DNA of 64,000 nt from Halodesulfurarchaeum sp. (GCA_034520565.1 JAXHNL010000002.1:544001-608000), one strand, 5' to 3'. Counted from the first letter of the stretch, positions 32,873 through 43,513 are shown. Numbers and translations are program-made. Notes: generated by a model from the sequence alone, not told the origin.

Positions 32873-35083
32873 TTAGAACACCTGATTTCGCACGAAGCGC
32901 TTCAGGCGCCCGGTGCCGGCAGATCCGGGCGTCACGGCGACGGCCGTCACGTCGCTCCCCGCGATCAGTCGATCGGCCGGTCGGCCGAACAGTGCGCCCC
33001 TGATACCAGTTGCGCCCCCGCCCGTGACGATCAGGTCCGCCGTTCGGGTGGCCTCGATGAGCCCCTGGGGCCTGTCTGCAGCCTCGATGACGCGGACCGA
33101 GGCCGGTTGGGCGAGTCGTTCCGAGAGGGCTTCGAGCTGTTCGCGAATGGTCTCGCGCTGGCGGTCTGGCGCCGAGGGCTGGACGGCGGCGAGCAGTTCG
33201 ATATCCGCGTCGAAGGCCGTGGCGATGGCCCCGGCGACCATCAGCCTCGTGGCATCACCCTCGCCACCGGTGGAGACCAGTGTGACCTGCTCGACCGCGT
33301 CGAGGCCCCGGTCCTCGACGTCGAAGACGTCGCGGGCGGTGTGGCGCTTGATCCAGCCGACGTCGCTTCCGAAGACCGGGGTGTGGTGCTCTTCGCCCCG
33401 CCGCTCGAGGACGATCGCATCGAGATCGTGGTGTTCGGCGTGGGTGACGATCGAGTGTTTCACGTCGTGGGAGGCGACGGTCCCATATCCCACCGGGACC
33501 GCAGCCGTTTCGGCGAACTCGGCGACTCGCTCCTCGAAGGACGTGTCGCCCTCGAGGGATCGCTCGCTCGCGGTGTCCAGCGGAAGCTGGTCTGGCACCT
33601 CGTCGAACCGCGTGGCACGGACGGCCCCACCCTGTGCGACGGCGATGGCTTCGGCGATCGTGAGGAGGGTCGCCTCCCGTTCAACTGGAGTCCGTTCGGT
33701 GACGGCCACGAGCACGTCGTACTCGTCCTCGTCCGCGACGACCCTGTCCGCGTGATCGATGGTTTCCTGCCCGAGGTGTTGGCGGACGGCGTCGGCGACG
33801 GCCCCCTCCCGCTCGATGTCACTCTGCGAGCGGACGTAGGTGAGATACCAGAAGAGGGAGCCGAGGACGATTGCGAGGGCGCCCAGCAGGGGCAACGCGC
33901 CCATGAACGGGAGGAGGACGATACCACCCACGATTCCGACCAGCTGCGGAACTGGATAGAGCGGCGTTTCGAAACTCGGCTCGTAGCCGGGGAGGTCGGC
34001 CTGGCGAAAGGCGATGAGGGCGACGTTGATGAGGACGAAGACGAGGATCTTGAAGGCGCTCGCGAGCTTGGCGATCTCGTCGATGGGGACGAAGGCGACC
34101 ATGAACAGCAGGATCGCCCCGGTGATGGTAATCGCGTTCACCGGCGTCCCGAAGCGCTCGCTGACCGCGGCAAAGGCGGGCGGTGCGAGACTGTCGCGGC
34201 TCATCGCGAGCGGGTATCGAGAGGAGGAGAGGATGCCGGCGTTTGCGGTGCTGATCAACGCGATAACCGCCGCGACGACCACCACGATGACCCCGACCGA
34301 CGCGAGGGTCTCCTCGGCGGCCAGCGCCATCGGGATGTTCGACCCCATCAGGTCCTCGGCCGGAACGATCCCCACCATGACGACGACGAGCGCGACGTAA
34401 AGCAGCGTGGTGAAGACGAGCGAGCCCAGGATGCCAAGCGGGATGTTCCGATCGGGGTTCTCGATCTCCTCGGCGACGCTCGCGACCTTCGTTACGCCCG
34501 CATAGGAGACGTAGACGAACCCGGTCGCGGCGAGCAAGCCGCCGATGCCGCCGCCGAAGAAGTCCCCGTAATGGGCCGGTTCGACGGCGGTTGCGCTGCC
34601 GGCCACGAACCAGGTGAGCGCGGCGAGCATGACGACCACGATGGCGACCTGCAACCGGCCCGTCTGTTTCGCGCCGATGACGTTGATCGCGATGAGGACG
34701 AATCCGGCCACCAGCGCGACGGGTTTGACCGGGAGATCGAAGAGCAAAACGAGGTAGGGCGCCCCGCCGATCAGTGCGAGCGCGCCCTTGAACGTCAGCG
34801 AAAACCAGGTGCCAACGCCCGCAATAGTGCCGAGTAGCGGTCCCATTCCCCGTTCGATGTAGAGGTACGTGCCGCCCGATTCGGGCATCGCGGTCGCCAT
34901 TTCGGACTTGCTCAGCGCGGCCGGGAGGACCAGGAGGCCGGCGAGCAGGTACGCGAGGATGACCGAAGGCCCCGCCATCTTGAGGGCCAGGCCGGGCAGG
35001 ATGAAGATCCCGCTCCCGACCATCGCGCCGATGCTGATCGCGAGGACCGCGGGGAGGCCCAGGTCCCGTTCGAGTTCCTTCAT
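32873..35083 (-). CDS. APC-family amino acid permease fused to USP-like domains
   Basis: GAMVGSGIFILPG and EEIENP; about 12 TM segments; soluble C-terminus; start MKELERDLG. Confidence 0.88.
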   Translation of the reverse strand: MKELERDLGLPAVLAISIGAMVGSGIFILPGLALKMAGPSVILAYLLAGLLVLPAALSKSEMATAMPESGGTYLYIERGMGPLLGTIAGVGTWFSLTFKGALALIGGAPYLVLLFDLPVKPVALVAGFVLIAINVIGAKQTGRLQVAIVVVMLAALTWFVAGSATAVEPAHYGDFFGGGIGGLLAATGFVYVSYAGVTKVASVAEEIENPDRNIPLGILGSLVFTTLLYVALVVVMVGIVPAEDLMGSNIPMALAAEETLASVGVIVVVVAAVIALISTANAGILSSSRYPLAMSRDSLAPPAFAAVSERFGTPVNAITITGAILLFMVAFVPIDEIAKLASAFKILVFVLINVALIAFRQADLPGYEPSFETPLYPVPQLVGIVGGIVLLPFMGALPLLGALAIVLGSLFWYLTYVRSQSDIEREGAVADAVRQHLGQETIDHADRVVADEDEYDVLVAVTERTPVEREATLLTIAEAIAVAQGGAVRATRFDEVPDQLPLDTASERSLEGDTSFEERVAEFAETAAVPVGYGTVASHDVKHSIVTHAEHHDLDAIVLERRGEEHHTPVFGSDVGWIKRHTARDVFDVEDRGLDAVEQVTLVSTGGEGDATRLMVAGAIATAFDADIELLAAVQPSAPDRQRETIREQLEALSERLAQPASVRVIEAADRPQGLIEATRTADLIVTGGGATGIRGALFGRPADRLIAGSDVTAVAVTPGSAGTGRLKRFVRNQVF

Positions 35084-35477
35084 CGGTAGATCTGGCCCCG
35101 TGATTGGGCTTGGCCGCGAGCGGAGCGGCACGGAGCCCAATTCGACGGCTCCCCGGCCGCCGCCGGCACCCGGGACAGCCGGCGCGAAAACTTCTCGGCG
35201 CTCCTCCCGCGGCCTGAAAATCGACGCTGAAATCGGATCATGGTGGGAGACGTATCGTCGGGGCCAATGGGTCCCGGTTGCGGCGACCTGTTCGGTCGAC
35301 CTTACCAACGGATCGATATAAATTGCGGGATAGTATGACCGATTTGCCAATCTATCTCCGGAATATTGCCGAAACTGTTATCGACCCGTGCGGTTCGACG
35401 AACAGCTCCCCGTCGCTGAAAGGACGGGGGGACGATTCGGAGCAACACTAATGGGCCCGAGCGGCGGACTGTGGACA

Positions 35478-35948
35478 ATGACCGACGGCGAGCTCGATAC
35501 GATCGACCGCCAGATCCTCTCGGCCCTCCAGGGCCGGGCCCGCCACACCTCCTCGACGGAGGTCGCCGAGCAGCTGGACATCTCCGCGAGTACCGTCCGT
35601 TCGCGGCTCGCGAAGCTCGAGGAGCGGGGGATCGTCCGGGGGTATTACATCGACATCGACTACGACGCGGCGGGATATCCGCTCTTTACGAAGATCGTCT
35701 GCACCGCGCCGGTCGCGGACCGGGACGAGCTGGCGAAGGCGGCCCAGGAGATCGACGGGGTGACCGCCGTCCGGGAGGTCATGACCGGCGAGCGAAACGT
35801 CTACGTGAACGCGATCGGGACCGATCACGACGATCTCAACCGCATCAGCACCGAGTTAGACGAACTCGGGCTCCACGTCGTCGACGAACAGCTGGTGCGT
35901 GATGAGTACATCTGTCCGGAGACGGGGTTGGTGGAGCGGGAGGAGTGA
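35478..35948 (+). CDS. Lrp/AsnC transcriptional regulator
   Basis: LDTIDRQIL..STVRSRLAKLEERGIVRGY. Confidence 0.9.
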   Translation: MTDGELDTIDRQILSALQGRARHTSSTEVAEQLDISASTVRSRLAKLEERGIVRGYYIDIDYDAAGYPLFTKIVCTAPVADRDELAKAAQEIDGVTAVREVMTGERNVYVNAIGTDHDDLNRISTELDELGLHVVDEQLVRDEYICPETGLVEREE

Positions 35949-35999
35949 GGTGCCGGCTTTCGAAAGTGCGTGAAACGCGGTTCGGAAAGACGCTGTCCG

Positions 36000-36548
36000 T
36001 TAGACCAAAAGCTGCACGTCCGATTTCGCCATCTTCCGCAGCGCGTGGGCCGCACCGACGCCGGTCTCCACGCCGTCGATAAATTCGTCGTCGTCGTAGT
36101 CCATCAGGTCCATCGTCATCTGGCAGGCCTGGAAGTTGACGCCGTTGTCCAGCCCGCGCTGGATCAGTTCGGGCACGGTGTCGGTGCCGACGTCGTCGAT
36201 CTTGTCCCGCATCATCTTCGCCGTCATGCGGTCCATGCCGGGGAGCATGGCCACCATGTTCGGCACGGGCATGCTCGGGTTCCCGACCGAGGACATCTTC
36301 AGCTTCCTGTGGTTCTCCTCGTGGAGCATGTCGAGGCCCCAGAAGGTGGCAAAGACGGTGACGTTCCAGCCGAAGGCCGCGGCCATCGGCCCGAGGATGA
36401 GGACCGGATAGGCCATGTCGAGGGTCCCCTTCGTGGCGATGATGACCATCTCGGTCGGACCGTCGTCGTGCTCGTGGGCTTCGACCTGTTCCTCGAGGTC
36501 GGCGATGCGCGCCTGGAGATCGTCGATCGTGGGTTCGTCGGTGGACAT
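36000..36548 (-). CDS. DsrE/DsrF-like (DsrE2) sulfur-relay protein
   Basis: TKGTLDMAYP, FATFWGL and ACQMTMDLM. Confidence 0.85.
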   Translation of the reverse strand: MSTDEPTIDDLQARIADLEEQVEAHEHDDGPTEMVIIATKGTLDMAYPVLILGPMAAAFGWNVTVFATFWGLDMLHEENHRKLKMSSVGNPSMPVPNMVAMLPGMDRMTAKMMRDKIDDVGTDTVPELIQRGLDNGVNFQACQMTMDLMDYDDDEFIDGVETGVGAAHALRKMAKSDVQLLV

Positions 36549-36842
36549 GATTCGATGGGTGTGACAGCGCCCGGCCGGCGGACTCCGCCGCGTCCGGCCC
36601 TGTCGTGAATGCAGTTTGCAACTTCGCGATGCCCCACATAAAAGGGTACGGTCGATTTTCCGTTGCTGGGAGCGGTCTCGCGGCCGTTCGACCCTGTTTG
36701 TGGTTTCCTACATGGGGGGCTGTCTTGGAGAGAATGGTGTATAATGTAACAATCCCGAACGTGACGAATTCAGCCCGATCACGGACGTTGCGGTCGCTAT
36801 CCGCCGCGATGCCGGTCGAACCCCACCGCCGGAACCGTCCGG

Positions 36843-37574
36843 CTACCCTTCCTCGTCTTCCTTCGCCTCCGCGTCGGTCTTTTCCGAGCCGCCGCCCGAA
36901 TCCTTCGACTCGTCCGTCTCCTCGGCCACTTTTTCTGCTTCCGCTCCGAACCCCTCGTCCTCGAGGGCTCGGACGCCGGCCTGCTTGCTCACTTCGCTGA
37001 TCCGGTCCATGACCTGCTCGACCTCCTTGCCGATGGTCTGCTCCACCTGTTCGCTGACGGTCTCCTCGACCTCCCGGGCCACGTGGTCGACCTCCTCGCC
37101 GACGCTTTCCTCGACGGTCGCGCTGACCGACTCCTCGACCTGTTCGGAGACGGTCTCTGCGACCTGCTCGGAGACCGTGGACTCGACGCCCTCGGCCATG
37201 TCTTCCTCGACTTTTTCCTCGACTTCTTCGGCGACGTCGTCCATCTCTTTGCTGATGGTATCCTCGACGGTCTCGCCGACCTCCTCGGTGACCTTCTTTT
37301 CGACTTCTTCGGCGACGTCGTCCATCTCCTTGCTGATGGTCTCCCCGACCTCCGCGGTGACTGTCTCCTCGACCTTCTCCGCGACCTCCTTGGTCATCCA
37401 CTCGGGGTTAAAGCGAGCCATTTTCCACCCGATGTGAACGACGTAGGAGGCGAGCACCCCGAGTCCGAAGGCGATCCCGACGACCGTCTCGACCAAGAGG
37501 ATGAGCGCGATCGCCACGAAGATCAACAGCCCGTATGTCAGATCGATGACGAAATCGACCCGGTTGGGGTTCAT
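36843..37574 (-). CDS. Membrane-anchored protein with an acidic repetitive tail
   Basis: Two N-terminal TM segments followed by E/V/T-rich repeats; 41-bp internal duplication. Confidence 0.7.
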   Translation of the reverse strand: MNPNRVDFVIDLTYGLLIFVAIALILLVETVVGIAFGLGVLASYVVHIGWKMARFNPEWMTKEVAEKVEETVTAEVGETISKEMDDVAEEVEKKVTEEVGETVEDTISKEMDDVAEEVEEKVEEDMAEGVESTVSEQVAETVSEQVEESVSATVEESVGEEVDHVAREVEETVSEQVEQTIGKEVEQVMDRISEVSKQAGVRALEDEGFGAEAEKVAEETDESKDSGGGSEKTDAEAKEDEEG

Positions 37575-37773
37575 CGTTCGGTCACCGCCGGTTTTACCCG
37601 CCGAATCGGTCCGCGATCCCGTCGTAAAACGTCCCACTGTTGCATACTAATCCGTAGTTCGTCCAGGCACAAAAACTGTCGGCGGCTCCGCTCCGTTCGC
37701 ACGGGATGAATTGACGTGCCGCTGCTCGACGGCGTGACACACCGTTTAAGGAACTCCGGGGCGGAGTTCCGGT

Positions 37774-38949
37774 ATGATCGAACTCCTCCTTCTCCTCGGC
37801 ATTGTCGTTGCGCTTTTCGTCGGGTTCAACATCGGCGGGGCGACGACGGGACCAGCCTTCGGCCCGGCAGTGGGATCGGAGTCGATCTCGAAGACCGGTG
37901 CGGCGGCACTCATGTCGGTCTTTTTCTTCGTCGGCGCGTGGACGATCGGCCGCCGAGTCGTCGCCACCCTCGGCGAGGATCTCATCACTGACGCTGGCGT
38001 CTTCACCATCGAGACGAGTATCGTCGTCCTCTTTTTCATCGGGGGCGCGCTCTTCCTCGGCAACTACGCCGGGGTCCCGGCGTCGACCTCCATGACAGCC
38101 GTCGGGGCCATCGCCGGGCTGGGCGTCGCGACCGGCGAACTGAACTGGGCCGTGATGGGTGAGATCGCCGTCTGGTGGATCATCGCCCCCATCGTCGGCT
38201 TCTGGATCTCGGGAATGATCGGCCGCTACCTCTATCCGACGATCAACCGGTGGGTCGCGATCGACAACACCCCCGGCCCGCTCCTCGAGATGGACCGGTC
38301 GGGTGCGCTGCCGAAGCCGACGCTCGGACCGAACACCACTCGCCGGGAGTTCTTCGGGGGCGTCGTCGTGATCGCCATCGGGAGCTTGATGGCCTTCTCC
38401 TCTGGCACCTCGAACATCGCCAACGCGATCGCGCCGCTCGTGGGCGCAGGCGTGGACATGAACATGATGATTCTGCTAGGCGGCGCGGCGGTCGCCGTCG
38501 GGGCCTTCACCATCGCCCGCCGGACCCTCGACACCCTCGGAAACGACATCACCGACCTCCCGCTCACCGCGGCGATCGTCGTCGCGGTCGTTTCCTCCGC
38601 GATCGTGACCGGCCTCTCGGCGATCGGTATCCCCGCCTCCTTCGTCATCATCGCGACGATGTCGATCGTCGGTCTGGGCTGGGGGCGGGCGACCCGCCCC
38701 GCCACGATCCCGGACGTCGTCCACGGCGAGGGAACCGAAGGCGTCTCGGTCGGGGCGCTCACCGCCGAGGAACCGGGCGAGGAGCTCCCCCCGATCGGCG
38801 AGGAGGACCCCGCGGACATCCCCTCCGCCGCCGACCTCTTCGACCCCTCGACGACGGGTCGGGTCGTGATCATGCAGAACGTCGTCCCGCTCATTTCGAC
38901 GGTCGGAGCTTACGCCACCTTCACGCTCCTGTTCACGTTCGTGTGGTAG
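37774..38949 (+). CDS. PiT-family inorganic anion/phosphate transporter
   Basis: GFNIGG and SGTSNIANA; multi-TM. Confidence 0.82.
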   Translation: MIELLLLLGIVVALFVGFNIGGATTGPAFGPAVGSESISKTGAAALMSVFFFVGAWTIGRRVVATLGEDLITDAGVFTIETSIVVLFFIGGALFLGNYAGVPASTSMTAVGAIAGLGVATGELNWAVMGEIAVWWIIAPIVGFWISGMIGRYLYPTINRWVAIDNTPGPLLEMDRSGALPKPTLGPNTTRREFFGGVVVIAIGSLMAFSSGTSNIANAIAPLVGAGVDMNMMILLGGAAVAVGAFTIARRTLDTLGNDITDLPLTAAIVVAVVSSAIVTGLSAIGIPASFVIIATMSIVGLGWGRATRPATIPDVVHGEGTEGVSVGALTAEEPGEELPPIGEEDPADIPSAADLFDPSTTGRVVIMQNVVPLISTVGAYATFTLLFTFVW

Positions 38950-38963
38950 GTCCCGAAGTCCAC

Positions 38964-40160
38964 TCAGGCCCCGAAGACGGTGCGAAGGGCGGCGTAGGCC
39001 CCGTATCCGGCGGCCACCGACGTGACGAGCGTGAGCAGCCAGAAGCCGACGGTTACGCCGATCTTCCGGCGTGAGACCCCCGCGGAGCCGGCGGCCAGCC
39101 CGCCACCGATCACACCGGAGATGATGATGTTGTTGAAGGAGATCGGGATGCCCAGCGCGATCGCCGCCTGCGCGATGAGGAATCCCGGGACCAGTGCGGC
39201 GATCGACCGCCGCGAGCCCAGTTGGGCGTACTCCCGGGAGGTCGCCTGGAGGAGCCGGGGCGAGCCCATCCAGGCGCCCGCAAGGATCCCGCTTGCCCCC
39301 ACGGCGAGCAACACGATCCCGGGCAGGCCGAGTTCCACACTGTAGAGGTTTTCGAGCGGCCCGGTGGCGAGCCCGACCTGGCTGCCGCCACTCGAAAAGG
39401 CGACGACGCTGCCAAGGAGCACCAGGAAGGTGCTGACGCCACGATCGACCGACGCGCGTGTGCGCTTTCTGATGAAGGCGAACCCGACGACGCCGAAGGC
39501 GAGTGTCGTCCCCACGACGGCGACATCGAGACCGCCGACTGCGGGCGTCGGCGCTACCCACGCGACGAAGCGAGCGAGCGAGTTCTGTGTCGTCCCGGTA
39601 GGTCCCGGAATCACCCCGAGTTCGATGTTCGCCAAAACGGCAGCGACGATGCCGGCCAGTAGCGGAATACTGAGCGTGTCGGCGATGTCGTCCCGCCGGA
39701 GCAGGGTCGCAGTTCCGTACGCCAGGCCGCCCGACACGGGTGGAACGAGCACCCAGAACGTGCCGATCCCCCGGAGCGTACTCATGTTCGGGTCACCACC
39801 CAGCGAGAGGCCGACACCGATCATCGCGCCCGTCGTCGCGAAGGCCGCCGGGACGGGGTACCCGGCGAAGATCCCGATCGCCATGAACGACCCGGCGACG
39901 AGCAGGCCGGCTGTCGCCGCGAGCGGCGAGATCGCCACGCCGTCGGTGAGGCCGGTCCCGACCGTCTTCGAAATGCTGCCGCCCTGGAGCAACGCGCCGG
40001 CCCCGGCCAACAGGCCGATGAGGAAGGCCGCTCGCATCGTGGAGATGGCGTTCGCCCCGATCGCCGGAGCGAAGGGCGGCGAGTTGCTGTTCGCGCCGAG
40101 GGTCCAGGCGGTAAAGACGCCGATGAGCGTCGCGAACCCGACGAGTGCCCAGGCGGTCAT
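38964..40160 (-). CDS. PiT-family transporter (second copy, convergent)
   Basis: GANSNSPPFAPAIG, SGGSQVG and GIPISFN. Confidence 0.8.
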   Translation of the reverse strand: MTAWALVGFATLIGVFTAWTLGANSNSPPFAPAIGANAISTMRAAFLIGLLAGAGALLQGGSISKTVGTGLTDGVAISPLAATAGLLVAGSFMAIGIFAGYPVPAAFATTGAMIGVGLSLGGDPNMSTLRGIGTFWVLVPPVSGGLAYGTATLLRRDDIADTLSIPLLAGIVAAVLANIELGVIPGPTGTTQNSLARFVAWVAPTPAVGGLDVAVVGTTLAFGVVGFAFIRKRTRASVDRGVSTFLVLLGSVVAFSSGGSQVGLATGPLENLYSVELGLPGIVLLAVGASGILAGAWMGSPRLLQATSREYAQLGSRRSIAALVPGFLIAQAAIALGIPISFNNIIISGVIGGGLAAGSAGVSRRKIGVTVGFWLLTLVTSVAAGYGAYAALRTVFGA

Positions 40161-41047
40161 TGTTTCCCGCTAATCGCCCTCGAAATTCGGCCGAGGAAGC
40201 CGGGTTTCCCGCGCTCGCCCCGCGCCACGATGACCGTCCGATCCGTCCCGCGAACGACCCGGCGGGGAACCGAGCCGACCAGCCGGCCCCGCAAGACGCC
40301 CTTCCGGGTCGCGCCCAGGACGATCACGTCGTACCCGTCAGCGACCTCGATGATGGCGTCCTCGACGCGTTCGCCGCTCACGACGCGGGTCTCGGCAGTC
40401 ACCGGGCCGTCGATCGCCCGCTTCAGGGTTTCCAACCCCGCCTCGGCGTTGGATTGGGCTCCCTCGCGGCCAGTTTCGTCCTCGGCCACGGCGATGATCG
40501 TGACCGACGCGTCGTTCGCGACGGCGATGGCCCCGGCCGCGATCACCGAGGCCCGGACGTTCGGCCCACCCGCGACCGGGACGAGCACCTCCTCTACCGT
40601 CCCGGCCTCCCGGCCGATCCGCTCCACGTAGACGTCCGTCGCCGCCCGCTCGAGGACTTTGTCGACGGTCGTCCCGAGGAGCGCGTCGGACCGCCGGGGG
40701 TCGCTGTCCCACCCGATGAGGAGTGCCGCGGGGTCCGTCCGGTCGACCGCCGATTGAATCCCCTTCGCCACCGACCGGGCCACCACGAGGTCGCGAACAA
40801 GTTCGACGTCCTCGGGGTCGGGCGCTCGATCGAGGAGCTCGTGGCTGTCAGCCGCGAACTCCCGGACGATTGTCTCGTCCGAAAAGAGGCCGAAGGGCGA
40901 GTCCGCCGGTTTGACGACGACGGTCATCAGCCTGACCCGCCCGCTCCCCTGCCGGGCGAGGTCGGCTGCCGTCCGCACCAGCTGGGCGACTTGTTCCGGG
41001 TCCTCGACGGCGACCAACACGTCGCCCTCGCTGGCACTTCCGCTCAT
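40157..41047 (-). CDS. Tandem universal stress protein
   Basis: Two USP domains; IVLGA..GSVPRRVV. Confidence 0.85.
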   Translation of the reverse strand: MSGSASEGDVLVAVEDPEQVAQLVRTAADLARQGSGRVRLMTVVVKPADSPFGLFSDETIVREFAADSHELLDRAPDPEDVELVRDLVVARSVAKGIQSAVDRTDPAALLIGWDSDPRRSDALLGTTVDKVLERAATDVYVERIGREAGTVEEVLVPVAGGPNVRASVIAAGAIAVANDASVTIIAVAEDETGREGAQSNAEAGLETLKRAIDGPVTAETRVVSGERVEDAIIEVADGYDVIVLGATRKGVLRGRLVGSVPRRVVRGTDRTVIVARGERGKPGFLGRISRAISGKQ

Positions 41048-41190
41048 ACATAGATGTACCTGCCACGTGTGGATAAAGATTCGCCGAACCGGTGTCGGTG
41101 GGGGGGGGGGCGGCACCATTCGCCCCTTCCGATGAACAACCCTGGACAGCAGTGAACACGTATTTGGTCCCTGGTCCCCTTCGCCGTCGT

Positions 41191-42342
41191 ATGACAGCCG
41201 GCGACTTCGAATCCTACGGTGGTCGACACGTCCCCGAACCGCTCGAGGAACCACTCGCACGACTCGCGGCGGCCTACGACGAGATCAGCGAGGATCCGGA
41301 CTTTCAGGCGGAACTGGCCCGCCTGCGGGAGGAATTCGCCGGGCGCCCGACGCCGATCTACCACGCCGAGACGCTCAGCGAGGCGTACGGCGCGGAGATC
41401 TACCTCAAGCGCGAGGACTTGCTCCACGGCGGCGCCCACAAGATCAACAACGCCCTCGGCCAGGGCCTGCTCGCCGTCCGGGCCGGGAAGGATCGGCTCA
41501 TCGCCGAAACCGGTGCCGGCCAGCACGGCGTGGCGACGGCGATGGTCGGCGCGGCCCTCGACCTGGAGACGGAGATCTACATGGGCGAGACGGACGCCGA
41601 GCGCCAGCGGATGAACGTCTTCCGCATGCAACTGTTGGGTGCCGAAGTGAACGAGGTGACGCGCGGGGACGCCGGTCTCGCGGAGGCCGTCGACGCCGCC
41701 CTCGAGGACTTCGCGGGGAACATCGAGGACACCCACTACCTCGTCGGCAGCGCGGTCGGGCCCGACCCGTTTCCCCGGATGGTCCGGGACTTCCAGTCCG
41801 TCATCGGACGGGAGGCCCGCGAGCAGTTCCAGGACCGGGTCGGCACGCTGCCCGACGCCGCCGTGGCCTGCGTGGGCGGCGGCTCGAACGCGATCGGCCT
41901 CTTTCACGCCTTCCGCGAGGACGACGTTGCCTTCTACGGCGCGGAGGGTGGTGGCGAGGGCGCCGATTCGAACCGCCACGCAGCCCCGCTCACCGCGGGC
42001 GAGGACGGGACGCTCCACGGGATGGCGACCCGCGTGATCGACGAAGATACCGAGGTCCACTCCGTCTCGGCGGGGCTGGACTATCCCGGTGTCGGTCCCG
42101 AGCACGCCATGTTCCGGGCGATCGGCCGCGCCGACTATCGGGCGGTGACCGACGACGCGGCCCTCGAGGCCTTCCGCAGGCTCTCGGAGGCCGAAGGCAT
42201 CATCCCCGCTCTCGAGTCGAGCCACGCGATCGCGCTGGCCGCGGAGATCGCCGACGACCACGACACGATCCTGATCAACCTCTCGGGACGGGGCGACAAG
42301 GATATGGACATCGCCGCGGAGGCCTTCGACTTCGGGGAGTGA
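41191..42342 (+). CDS. trpB: Tryptophan synthase beta chain (stand-alone)
   Basis: LKREDL..GAHKINN, ETGAGQHG, GGGSNA, SAGLDYPGVGPEH and SGRGDKD. Confidence 0.93.
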   Translation: MTAGDFESYGGRHVPEPLEEPLARLAAAYDEISEDPDFQAELARLREEFAGRPTPIYHAETLSEAYGAEIYLKREDLLHGGAHKINNALGQGLLAVRAGKDRLIAETGAGQHGVATAMVGAALDLETEIYMGETDAERQRMNVFRMQLLGAEVNEVTRGDAGLAEAVDAALEDFAGNIEDTHYLVGSAVGPDPFPRMVRDFQSVIGREAREQFQDRVGTLPDAAVACVGGGSNAIGLFHAFREDDVAFYGAEGGGEGADSNRHAAPLTAGEDGTLHGMATRVIDEDTEVHSVSAGLDYPGVGPEHAMFRAIGRADYRAVTDDAALEAFRRLSEAEGIIPALESSHAIALAAEIADDHDTILINLSGRGDKDMDIAAEAFDFGE

Positions 42343-42421
42343 GCCGGTCGCTTATCGCGGATCATTCCCCGCCGGCCCGGCGGACAGAACGGTTATCCCG
42401 CCGCTGGCCGGAGTGGGACGT

Positions 42422-43513
42422 ATGTCAACGGGTGTGTTCTCCGAACTCTCGCTCCGGTCGGTCACCGCACGGAACCGACTCGCGATGTCCCCGATGTGCC
42501 AGTACTCTGCCGGCGAGGACGGCGTCGCGACCGACTGGCACCGGGTTCACTACGGCACGCGTGCGGTCGGCGGGGCCGGGATCGTCATCCAGGAGGCGAC
42601 GGCGGTCGAACCGCGGGGCCGGATCTCGCCCAACGACCTCGGGCTCTGGTCCGACGAGCAGGCAGCCGCCCTCGCGCCGATCGCCGCGTTCGTGGCGGAC
42701 CAGGGGGCGATCCCAGCCATCCAACTGGCCCACGCCGGCCGAAAGGCCTCCACCTCGCGGCCGTGGGAGGGCTCGACGCCGCTCCAGCCCGATGAGGGCG
42801 GGTGGACCGTCGTCGCGCCGAGCGAGAAACCCTACCCATACGAAGACGTGGACGCCCCGCCCACGGAGCGCCTCGATCCCGCCGACATCGAGGACATAAT
42901 CGAGGCGTTCGGGGAGGCGGCCGAACGGGCCGTCGACGCGGGGTTCGAGGCCGTCGAGATCCACGGCGCCCACGGGTATCTCATCCACGAGTTCCTCTCG
43001 CCGGTCGCAAACGAGCGGACCGACGCCTACGGCGGCGACTTCGCCGGCCGAACCCGCTTCGTCCGGGAGGTGTACGAGGCCGTGCGGAACGCCGTGGGCG
43101 AGGACGTGCCGGTATTCCTTCGGGTTTCGGGAACCGACTGGCTCCCGGACCGTCCTTCCTGGACGATCGAGGACACGGTACGGCTCGCGGGGGACCTCGC
43201 AAGCGAGGGCCTCGACCTGCTTGACGTGAGCAGCGCCGGCATTCACCCCGACCAGCAGATCTCGTATGCGGGGCCGAACTACCAACTCCCGCTGGCCGAG
43301 CGGGTGCGCGCGGAAACCGACCTCCCGGCGGTCGGAACGGTCGGCCAGATCAGGACGCCCGAGCAGGCAGAGGCCCTGGTTCGAAACGGCCGAGCAGACG
43401 TCGCCATCGTGGGCCGGAAACTGTTGAACGACCCGTATTTCCCGCTCCGGGCGGCCGAGTCGCTTTACGGGGCCGAACCGGAGGTTCCCGCCCAGTACCG
43501 ACGCGGGTTTTGA
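42422..43513 (+). CDS. NADH:flavin oxidoreductase (Old Yellow Enzyme, YqjM-like)
   Basis: SPMCQYS, QLAHAGRK, HGAHGYL and RTDAYGG; C-terminal QYRRG. Confidence 0.9.
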   Translation: MSTGVFSELSLRSVTARNRLAMSPMCQYSAGEDGVATDWHRVHYGTRAVGGAGIVIQEATAVEPRGRISPNDLGLWSDEQAAALAPIAAFVADQGAIPAIQLAHAGRKASTSRPWEGSTPLQPDEGGWTVVAPSEKPYPYEDVDAPPTERLDPADIEDIIEAFGEAAERAVDAGFEAVEIHGAHGYLIHEFLSPVANERTDAYGGDFAGRTRFVREVYEAVRNAVGEDVPVFLRVSGTDWLPDRPSWTIEDTVRLAGDLASEGLDLLDVSSAGIHPDQQISYAGPNYQLPLAERVRAETDLPAVGTVGQIRTPEQAEALVRNGRADVAIVGRKLLNDPYFPLRAAESLYGAEPEVPAQYRRGF

